A stretch of DNA of 64,000 nucleotides, taken from positions 1 to 64,000 of the forward strand of contig JABCTZ010000041.1 of assembly GCA_018238155.1 (NCBI GenBank), given 5' to 3'. The notes beneath the pieces are model-generated. The model ran no database searches and was not told where the DNA came from. It saw only the letters and a program-made list of their open reading frames with translations. This document shows positions 29,382 to 37,655 of this stretch, in pieces; the stretch's first letter is position 1; every line of letters starts with the position of its first letter. The stretch is from Candidatus Heimdallarchaeota archaeon. Lineage in GTDB: Archaea > Asgardarchaeota > Heimdallarchaeia > JABLTI01. Position numbers and translations under genes: made by a program.

Positions 29382-31316
29382 ATGGCAATTGATATTGGAA
29401 TAAGAGAACAAGTTCATGATGTTCCAAAGAGATATGTTTCTTTGGATTTTGCCCGAGGAATAGCTATAATGCTAATGATTTTCGTTCACGTAATCTATAC
29501 GTGTCTTGATATTGATTCAATGATGAATGACACAAATATATTTAACGCACAACCACTTGCAGCACTTACGGTGCCTGTGTTCATTTCATTCATAGGTGGT
29601 CTAGCAGGATTCTTCCTTTTAATATCTGCAGCAAGTAACATGGTTAGTATGTACCGTGATTTAGAAAAAGGTAAACCAGTTAAAAGTTTAGTCTTTAAAC
29701 AAATCATAGGTGGCTTTCTACTATTAATTTTCGCTTATCTAAGCGAAGGAGTAATAGGTTATTTTGGTGTAGTTGGTGATTTCTTCTTAAACTTGAACAA
29801 TCCTGCTGCAACGAATTGGCAATTGATGTTATGGCGCTGGAACGTTTTTGAAACAATACATGCGATAGCCGCGTGTATAATTATTAATGGATGCGTTCAA
29901 GGATTGCTTTCAATGCGTGGAAAATGGAAGAACAAAAGACAATTAATTCTAATATATTTTTTTTTGGCAATTATTGTTGTATCATTAACAGATACTGTTT
30001 GGGAAGCAGTCGGTAATATTGTTCCTGGTTACCCTTTTGGCACTTTGCCAAACAGTGGTCATGGTTTAGAATATCCTGTTATCGGTACAGATACTTTTTG
30101 GGAAATTTTTAGGGCTCCTTTCTTATCTGTTTTTGCGTCATCTATAGAACCATTGTTTCCATATCTGGCAGTTTCATTTATTGGTAGCATAATTGGTATA
30201 ATTTTATCAAAACCAAAAGAGGAAATTAGCAAACACTTTCCAAGACGTATGCTTAGAATTGGTGGAGCTATGTATGGTGTTGGAATTATTGGAATAGGTT
30301 TATCCATTTTATCAGTATTTATGAATAATTTTGATGGAACAAATATTGGTCCGCCAATTTTTATTGTGATTAATTTCTACATGCATATTATGTTTCATCG
30401 AACTTGGACACAAGACAATCCTGCTTTTATTGGTGTAACACAATTTGCATGGTTTGCGCAATTTCTAGCTGTTACGGGGTTAAGCATTATGCTGTTAATT
30501 GTTTTATTCAGGCTAGTAGAATTTCGAGGTTCAAGCCATAAATTCGCAAAGAAGACCAAAATAGTAAGACGATTTGGTACTGTTGCTTTTTCAAACTATA
30601 ATAATCAATGGCTCTACTTCATTGTTTGGGAAATTGTTGCACTAATAATAACTCGAGAACATTATAAGAAATTAATGTGGGGCGGTACTGCACTTATTAT
30701 TATTTTCTCTTTTGCCCTCTATATATTGATTCTATGGTTATGGGAAAAAATAAATTACTTAGGATCAATGGAATGGACGATACGGTCAATAACAAATAAT
30801 CTAATACCATTAAGAAGAGAGAGAATAAACGCCACCGCAAGCTCAAGAGCACCAGATCAATCTGAAATCGAAGACATAAAAATAAAAAGTGAAAAAGAAT
30901 CTTGGATTAAATTCAGAAAATGGTTGCATATAGGCAAACTCAGATTACAAGGTAAAGCTATAGATCATAAATTGAAATGGTGGCAAAAAGGACAAATAGA
31001 TGTTGATAGGTATTTCTACAATGTAAATTGGACAGATATTGTAGAGAAAAAAGAACTTGGAACTAGTACTGAAGATTCACAAATAGAACTTAAAGATTCA
31101 CAAGTATCTTTGGTAATGTCTCTTGTAGGTTTGTTTTCAATATTCTTATTTCCATGTGCAATTTTTGGTTTAGTTTTTGCTCTAAAATCATTCAAAAATG
31201 AAGGCAAGAATACAAAGAACATATGGGGGTTACTCATATCAATTTTAGCAATTGTTATAATTATTGCAGTAATAGTTATTCTGTTTGTAATAAAAACAAG
31301 TGTATTAGGTCTTTAA
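29382..31316 (+). CDS. Multi-pass membrane protein with HGSNAT/DUF1624-like acyltransferase N-terminus
   Basis: RYVSLDFARGIAIMLMIFVH, PLFPYL, GSMEW; more than 12 TM segments. Confidence 0.7.
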   Translation: MAIDIGIREQVHDVPKRYVSLDFARGIAIMLMIFVHVIYTCLDIDSMMNDTNIFNAQPLAALTVPVFISFIGGLAGFFLLISAASNMVSMYRDLEKGKPVKSLVFKQIIGGFLLLIFAYLSEGVIGYFGVVGDFFLNLNNPAATNWQLMLWRWNVFETIHAIAACIIINGCVQGLLSMRGKWKNKRQLILIYFFLAIIVVSLTDTVWEAVGNIVPGYPFGTLPNSGHGLEYPVIGTDTFWEIFRAPFLSVFASSIEPLFPYLAVSFIGSIIGIILSKPKEEISKHFPRRMLRIGGAMYGVGIIGIGLSILSVFMNNFDGTNIGPPIFIVINFYMHIMFHRTWTQDNPAFIGVTQFAWFAQFLAVTGLSIMLLIVLFRLVEFRGSSHKFAKKTKIVRRFGTVAFSNYNNQWLYFIVWEIVALIITREHYKKLMWGGTALIIIFSFALYILILWLWEKINYLGSMEWTIRSITNNLIPLRRERINATASSRAPDQSEIEDIKIKSEKESWIKFRKWLHIGKLRLQGKAIDHKLKWWQKGQIDVDRYFYNVNWTDIVEKKELGTSTEDSQIELKDSQVSLVMSLVGLFSIFLFPCAIFGLVFALKSFKNEGKNTKNIWGLLISILAIVIIIAVIVILFVIKTSVLGL

Positions 31317-31543
31317 CCACCTAATACTTTGTTATTTTTTTCGAGTAAGAAAACATTATTTTCAAGTAATTAAAAATCTACTTTTACCAATTATATTTGT
31401 TTAAATTATTTAAGAAGTATAATTGATAATAATTTTTAATCGAAAAACATTCACATTTGGTTGATAGTTCATTTTTTGTTGAAAAATTACCGCTAAATAA
31501 AGACTTTTTAAATTAGAGTACATAAAGTATTAGAGATAAATGA

Positions 31544-31891
31544 GTGTCTGAAATGATTGAACCAATGTTTGATGAAATTGAAGAAGTTGATGAAGAACAA
31601 GTCGCAGAAATGCCCATAATTCACCAATCGAGTGAATATTATGTTGAAGAACAACTAATATACCAATATTCTCATGAAGATGGATTACTAAAACTTGATA
31701 TTGATAAAAAAGGGTACGATGAACTACTCAAAAATCTGGGTGAGTTCCCAGATGAAGGTGCTTCTTTCTGTTTCTTATTACCTCAAATGGGTGAAGTGTG
31801 TTTTTCAGGTGTATATAAAATTGAGCGCTTAGTAAGTGAACGAGGTTTCATTAGAAGATTTACTAGAGCATTCCGGAGAAGACGACGATGA
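31544..31891 (+). CDS. Hypothetical protein, acidic with basic amphipathic C-terminus
   Basis: 115 aa; stop overlaps the thioredoxin start (ATGA). Confidence 0.7.
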   Translation: MSEMIEPMFDEIEEVDEEQVAEMPIIHQSSEYYVEEQLIYQYSHEDGLLKLDIDKKGYDELLKNLGEFPDEGASFCFLLPQMGEVCFSGVYKIERLVSERGFIRRFTRAFRRRRR

Positions 31892-32238
31892 GTTTCTTTA
31901 AACGCTTATTTAGTAAGAAGAGAACAGGATTGGAAGATTTTCCACCAATAAAAGAAGCAATTAAAGATAATGATTTTCTATTTGTCAATCTATTTTCTAA
32001 TTCATGTCTAGTATGCAAGAGAACTAAACCTATTGTAGATGAAATAAGTCAACTGTATCCTAAAGTCAAAGTCTTGGAGATACTAATTGATTCATATGAT
32101 GAAAAACAGCTGAAAAAATTTGGTATAGTATTTACTCCAACTTTAGCGTTTTATGGTGAAGAAGGAAAAACAGTTCATCGCTCAGTTGGACTTATTGATA
32201 AAGTAAAACTGAAAAAATTATTTGAAATGTCTATTTAA
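31888..32238 (+). CDS. Thioredoxin family protein
   Basis: CLVC active site, cis-Pro motif FTPTL, RSVG. Confidence 0.85.
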   Translation: MSFFKRLFSKKRTGLEDFPPIKEAIKDNDFLFVNLFSNSCLVCKRTKPIVDEISQLYPKVKVLEILIDSYDEKQLKKFGIVFTPTLAFYGEEGKTVHRSVGLIDKVKLKKLFEMSI

Positions 32239-32273
32239 CTTAACATTTATGAGATTAAATTTGGTGAAATAAA

Positions 32274-33818
32274 ATGGATAAGAAAAAATGCCCCGAATGT
32301 GAATTTATTGATGGAAAAATAATTGATGGATTAGAATTTTTTGATAAAGATCTTTTGATTTATCAAAACAAAGGATTTGCAGCGTATTATTCAAATAATC
32401 CTGTAACAAATCGTCATATAATTATTCTCCCTAAAAACCATCATTTTCGAATATTAGAATTTACTCCAAAAGAGTGGAAAGAATTCGGTGAATTATTACA
32501 GAATATAGGTGTAGCCAGTTCTATGAGATCTTTCAATTTAGCAGTTCATAGTGGAATTGAATTTGGAAAGCACTTGTTAATTCATCTTCTACCATCAGGA
32601 AAAGAAGGGTATAAATTAGAATTAGAACCTAAAGGCAAAATAGATGCAAAGAAAAAGAAAGAGCTAGTATTGTATTCAAATGAGTCAAAGTTAAAAATGC
32701 CTATAAAAGGCCGCACAATTATGCTAGAAGAATCAGCTCCCAGAAAGAAAGATATTCCATTTGAAGATATTATGCCTGGGATGCCATGTTTAGTTCATGG
32801 AAAGAGGCACAATTGTGAGTTTGCTCCTCCAAAAGATGCAATATCACCAATTTACGAACCAAAGTTTGTTGAAATAGCCAAAGTGGATTATGTTAAAGAC
32901 GATGATTTAGTAGCTTCTGTCACTATCAATGGAGAAACAAGAGCTTATCCAATACGATTTCTTGACTTTCATGAAATTGTAAATGATTCTATTGGAGACA
33001 CTCATTTTGCAGTTAGTTATTGTCCATTGTGTGCTTCAAGCTTAGTATTTAATAGAAAAATAAATCCTGATAAACCTCCATCGAAGTTTGGTGTTAGTGG
33101 TTTTCTTTATCAGTCAGATTTATTGATGTTTGACCACGAATCAGATAGTTTATGGAGTCAAATTGAAGGTGAAAGTATCTATGGTAAATACCTCGGAAAA
33201 GAGCTTGATTTAATACCATTCCAATTAATGAAATGGAAAAGCTGGAAAACAACCTATGTTAACGGAAAAGTTCTTTCAATAGATACTGGATTCTCTCGAG
33301 ATTATACTCATTATCCTTATGGCGAATATATGACAATGGAAAAAACCGTTTTCCCAATAAAAAGAAAAGATGAAAAGAATCGTCTCCATCCAAAGACAAT
33401 GGTCTACGGATTAGAATCTGAAGGAGTAGCAAAAGTTTATCCGGAGGATTATATTTTGGATCAAAAAATACTCCATGATACAATCGGTAAAACACCAATA
33501 GTAATCACTGTAAATCAAGCTGAAGGTGTTTTAGCTTTTGAAACTACTATTGCAGGTAAGAGTTTGACTTTCAAACGAACAGATGATGGATTATTAGATA
33601 AAGAGACAAATACAAAGTGGAATTTTCTAGGTGAAGCTGTTTCTGGACCAAAGAAAGGTTCGATGCTAAAAATCAGACCAGACTTATTGCGAATGTTCTA
33701 CTTTGCTTGGGTAGCATTTAATCCAAAGGTTGAAGTAGAAATTTATCAAAATATTCACGAACGACCAACATGGAAAGAACGCCTTTTCAGTAGATTCAAG
33801 AAAGAAGAAAAAAAATGA
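32274..33818 (+). CDS. HIT-like domain fused to DUF3179
   Basis: N-terminal CPEC..HIIILPKNH..HLLIHLLP; PPKDAI.PI.EP, RAYP, HEIVND, SYCPLC, FGVSG.LY.S.L.MFD....SLWSQ. Confidence 0.85.
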   Translation: MDKKKCPECEFIDGKIIDGLEFFDKDLLIYQNKGFAAYYSNNPVTNRHIIILPKNHHFRILEFTPKEWKEFGELLQNIGVASSMRSFNLAVHSGIEFGKHLLIHLLPSGKEGYKLELEPKGKIDAKKKKELVLYSNESKLKMPIKGRTIMLEESAPRKKDIPFEDIMPGMPCLVHGKRHNCEFAPPKDAISPIYEPKFVEIAKVDYVKDDDLVASVTINGETRAYPIRFLDFHEIVNDSIGDTHFAVSYCPLCASSLVFNRKINPDKPPSKFGVSGFLYQSDLLMFDHESDSLWSQIEGESIYGKYLGKELDLIPFQLMKWKSWKTTYVNGKVLSIDTGFSRDYTHYPYGEYMTMEKTVFPIKRKDEKNRLHPKTMVYGLESEGVAKVYPEDYILDQKILHDTIGKTPIVITVNQAEGVLAFETTIAGKSLTFKRTDDGLLDKETNTKWNFLGEAVSGPKKGSMLKIRPDLLRMFYFAWVAFNPKVEVEIYQNIHERPTWKERLFSRFKKEEKK

Positions 33819-33819
33819 C

Positions 33820-33845
33820 AAAATGCAGGATTATTTCTGCATTTT
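33820..33845. terminator. Inverted repeat after the DUF3179 gene
   Basis: AAAATGCAG-GATTATTT-CTGCATTTT. Confidence 0.45.
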
Positions 33846-33880
33846 ACCATAACAATAACTTTAAAGAAAATAATTGAACA

Positions 33881-34867
33881 TTGTTTGAGGTAGAACAGAA
33901 AATGTTACGAAATAAAGAACAGGATGCTGAAAAATCAATAATGCTTGAAGGTATTGTATTTCCTTGTGATATTTGTAAAGAAGATATTGTAATAGGAAAC
34001 TCATCACAAGGAATAAAAGTCATCTCTAAACAAACAAATTTGGATGACTTCTTTGGTACATTGGAAACCTATCACATTGAATCAGCATGTGAAGCGAATG
34101 AAATCCACGTGAATATTGTTGTAATTGATGGTCAAAAAAGATATCGTGGGCACAAATATTCTACAATAAAAACATCTGAACCTGTCGAAAAAAAGCACAG
34201 AGGTAATATTAGACTGCTATTAGGTATTGGAAAGGATTTAGCAAAAATCATTTCTTCCTCTCTACAAGGATGCTCTTTAATTCTATGTGGTGATTCACCA
34301 ACAACAACTTTGTGGGCTAACACTCTCCAAGAATTATTCACTTTATCCCCTTTTATACGTAGAAAATGGATTATTTCTGAAACTGAATTCAAAAGAAAAT
34401 TTGATTTAAATCCCATAAAAGAAGCAGGTGAATTTATTTTAATTGATGATAGTTTACTCAAAATTGTTCGAAAAAAATACTCTAAGATTACAGTAGTTGA
34501 TTTAAGGAAAAATAAAGTATATAATGCCAAGGAAAAAGAATTTGCTAAAAATTTTGTTGCTGCTGTTATGAGAATCCCAGAAACACAACATGAAGCAGTG
34601 TTGAACTATGTTACTATTCAAGTTGAATGGTTGAAAAGATTACTAGAAGAATTGAAAGGAGAAATGGATAGTTCGATAGTAGAAACAGCTGCATGTCCAA
34701 TAGGTAATTTAGCTGAAACGGTAAAGATAAACGCCGTTTTAGATCAAGTTATTACTGAAAAAGTATTAGGTGACTTGAGAGCAAGAATGAGACCAGAAGA
34801 ATTTGAGATTGTTATTGCACATCTTTTAAGAGAAGTACCGGCATTAAATGAAATTGTTCATCATTGA
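33881..34867 (+). CDS. Zn-binding plus folliculin/DENN-like protein, paralog of 2334..4031
   Basis: CDIC...C....H.NIVVIDGQ..YR N-terminal domain; GKDLAKIISSSLQGCSLILCGD aligns with GEQLAQVIFGAIIGQQIVFLGE; VVDLRKNKVYN aligns with IVNLPKNHVKN. Confidence 0.55.
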   Translation: MFEVEQKMLRNKEQDAEKSIMLEGIVFPCDICKEDIVIGNSSQGIKVISKQTNLDDFFGTLETYHIESACEANEIHVNIVVIDGQKRYRGHKYSTIKTSEPVEKKHRGNIRLLLGIGKDLAKIISSSLQGCSLILCGDSPTTTLWANTLQELFTLSPFIRRKWIISETEFKRKFDLNPIKEAGEFILIDDSLLKIVRKKYSKITVVDLRKNKVYNAKEKEFAKNFVAAVMRIPETQHEAVLNYVTIQVEWLKRLLEELKGEMDSSIVETAACPIGNLAETVKINAVLDQVITEKVLGDLRARMRPEEFEIVIAHLLREVPALNEIVHH

Positions 34868-34882
34868 ATTGAAGGTTATACC

Positions 34883-35491
34883 ATGTCAGAAAAAAGAAAT
34901 CATACAGAAGATTACTTACTGTACCTTAAAATAACAAAGGATTTATTCAAATTTTGTGTTATAGGTGACGGTGGGGTTGGAAAATCAACTTTTATTAATT
35001 TCTTAACGACAGGTCAATTAGCTTCAAATTTTAAAGTAACACGAACCCCCTACATAAATATTGATGGCTGTAAACTTGGAGGACACACTATTCAATTATA
35101 TGATCTAGCTGGGCAAAGAAGAACTGATGCTCATCCCTTAGATCACATGCAAAATGTTATTTTAAAAGGAACAGATATAATATTGTTTTTCTTTTCGCTG
35201 GAAAATCTAGAATCGTTTATCAACATTAAAAAATGGTATGAAGAAATAAAAATATTCTATAAAGATTGGGAAAATGATAGACCACTCTTATTCCTTATAG
35301 GAAATAAACTCGATTTACCTAGAAATGTCGAATCTTTTAATGGGGAAGAGTTAGTTGAAAGAATGAATGATTTTGAGGTTTATCACGAAATTTCTTTGTT
35401 TTCTGGTAAAAACGTTGAAGACTTTTTGAAAATCCTTTGCGACAAACTAGATGAACAATTCCAAAATCTTAAAGAAATAGCTGGTTTGTAA
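34883..35491 (+). CDS. Rab/Ras-like small GTPase
   Basis: GDGGVGKS, TRT, YDLAGQ, GNKLD, EISL. Confidence 0.92.
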   Translation: MSEKRNHTEDYLLYLKITKDLFKFCVIGDGGVGKSTFINFLTTGQLASNFKVTRTPYINIDGCKLGGHTIQLYDLAGQRRTDAHPLDHMQNVILKGTDIILFFFSLENLESFINIKKWYEEIKIFYKDWENDRPLLFLIGNKLDLPRNVESFNGEELVERMNDFEVYHEISLFSGKNVEDFLKILCDKLDEQFQNLKEIAGL

Positions 35492-35846
35492 AAAAAATTC
35501 TCTCTGAAAATGAAAGCTATACTTTAATTCTTGATATACTCATTGATGTATCCTGATAAAAACATTCCAATATAATAGTTATACTAATTATTTTTCTAGC
35601 TGTAGTTATAATTGCTTAATTGATCAATAAAAATAGAGATTTTCATTAGTTATTTTTTACAATATTTTTTGAATGGGTTTCAATTTTAAACTCAAGATTC
35701 AGAAGAGTAAACTATTTAATTAAGTATTTTGATAAATAAACACAATTAGGCCAAATATAGAGATCAATAAATAAGGGTGTTTATCACATCCTTTCAGTCT
35801 CTATTTTCAGAATATTTATCTTGGAATAAATTATTCAATTATTGAG

Positions 35847-36749
35847 GTGTTTAATGTTAAAACAAAGAGGATATATGTTTTAATACTAATCGGAGCTATC
35901 TTTTGTATAAGTAATAATATCAATCATGTGAATGGAGAATATCAAGTAAGTATTGGTGAAATATATCAATATGATATCATTAAAGCAGAAGTTAATAGCA
36001 CTTTCAATGGACATTTCGAAACTGGTTCAGGATATACTATAGACTCCAATCATTTAGAAGAAAATACTATGGTCTCTTATGAGATAACTGAGGTAAACAC
36101 ATTAGGGGTTTTTTGGAATCTTTCAAGTGGTGGTTTTTCTCATAATCATGTCTCGGATGATACAATTATAAATTCATATGAAAATCTACTCACACAATGT
36201 TTTGCGTTGCCAAAAATATATGATCCAATTCATTCAGATATAGAGAATGGAACAGGGCTAGTATTCTACAGTCCGTTTATTGATCCAATAAATGAAAATT
36301 GGGAGATAATCAAAAATGTTGAGGATTATGTAGAAAATACAATCGATCTTTTAACAGACACAAAAATAACTTATGAGATGGATTCACTTTTAAAAGAATC
36401 AAATTCAAAACTCTCAATAGAATTTGTTCTTGGAGGAACAATTGATGGCAAATGGGCAAATGTACCCATCAATGCAAAATTTATGAACCATTTACTAATT
36501 GAATTTGATAAAATAAATGGTGTTTTCCTTGGTTTGAGAATGAAATCAAGCATTGATGGTTCTTATAACTCCAATACAGTTAATATTACAATTTCTTTCC
36601 AATCAGAAATGAAAGATTATAATATACCATCTTTTACTAAAAATGATATAACAAAAGTATCAGGTGTTTTTGGAGAAGGAATATTAATTGGTTTAAGCTC
36701 GTTACTAATTCTAACGATTTTAGTTTCAAAGAGAAAAGAAAGTAGATAA
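35847..36749 (+). CDS. Surface protein with C-terminal TM anchor (choice-of-anchor S-like)
   Basis: Signal peptide, YQVSIGEIYQYDI, FDKINGVFLGLR, TM plus KRK tail. Confidence 0.7.
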   Translation: MFNVKTKRIYVLILIGAIFCISNNINHVNGEYQVSIGEIYQYDIIKAEVNSTFNGHFETGSGYTIDSNHLEENTMVSYEITEVNTLGVFWNLSSGGFSHNHVSDDTIINSYENLLTQCFALPKIYDPIHSDIENGTGLVFYSPFIDPINENWEIIKNVEDYVENTIDLLTDTKITYEMDSLLKESNSKLSIEFVLGGTIDGKWANVPINAKFMNHLLIEFDKINGVFLGLRMKSSIDGSYNSNTVNITISFQSEMKDYNIPSFTKNDITKVSGVFGEGILIGLSSLLILTILVSKRKESR

Positions 36750-36762
36750 TTACTTTCTTATT

Positions 36763-37638
36763 TCAATTTTTTTGAATGAATTCAATTACAAGTTCAGAGA
36801 CAATATTAGCTCCCTTGGAATTCAAATGAAGATTATCAGTAAATAAACTAAAATTATATTCTTTTGATAGAGTATCAAAACTCTTTCGTAAAAGGAAGTG
36901 TTTAATAGCGATTTCTTCAACTAGACGATGATTTGTCCCATATTTTGGTTCAGATGGGTTTTGATTTAGAAATTCAATCATTTTTTCATTTACAGGTAAG
37001 TATTGAACTTTGTATTCCTTTGCAATGCCTTGGATTAACTTTGAAAAAGTAATTGTTTGTTTAAACGCGAGTGCAGATTGATCTTCTCCTAGAGGAGGAA
37101 TGGAACAAAGAGCAATTTTAGCATCAGTTTTTTGCAGTAATTCTTTTACTATTTCTTCAAGATTATCACTAAACCATTCTTTACTTGCCTTTTTTGGTAA
37201 ACTTAATCTCTTTTCACTTGATTGTACATTAAACAATTCTATTTCACGATGCGCATCATTTGAACCAATCATTATTGTGATAAAATCAGGTTCGCATGCA
37301 ATTATGCTCTCTACTCTTCTAAGAACATTGTAAGCAAGTTCAGAATTCATTCCAGCGTTGATATAATCATAATTCTTTCTTCCAATTTTTTTAGAAATCA
37401 ATTCAATGTAATTTACACTCAAATTTCCATGTGTTAAACTATCTCCAACAAAAACAATTCTTTTTTTAGCTTTTTCCGACCCAGCATTTTTTTTCAAATA
37501 GTTGTAGGGATTGTCTTTAGGGAAATGGTGTATCTTCCATAGAATACTTTGGTAATAAATAAAAAATGAAGACCCTAACAGAATTACTATTCCAAGAACT
37601 GCTAGTAATATAATATAGATCGTTTCCATTTTACTCAC
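36763..37638 (-). CDS. SGNH/GDSL hydrolase with N-terminal membrane anchor
   Basis: FVGDSLT, NAG, IGSND, DNLHLN. Confidence 0.92.
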   Translation of the reverse strand: MSKMETIYIILLAVLGIVILLGSSFFIYYQSILWKIHHFPKDNPYNYLKKNAGSEKAKKRIVFVGDSLTHGNLSVNYIELISKKIGRKNYDYINAGMNSELAYNVLRRVESIIACEPDFITIMIGSNDAHREIELFNVQSSEKRLSLPKKASKEWFSDNLEEIVKELLQKTDAKIALCSIPPLGEDQSALAFKQTITFSKLIQGIAKEYKVQYLPVNEKMIEFLNQNPSEPKYGTNHRLVEEIAIKHFLLRKSFDTLSKEYNFSLFTDNLHLNSKGANIVSELVIEFIQKN

Positions 37639-37655
37639 TTTAGTGATTTATCTAT

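Noticed and set aside
32274-33818. DUF3179 as a selenoprotein
   Set aside because: The motif is encoded as Cys (SYCPLC) with no in-frame TGA
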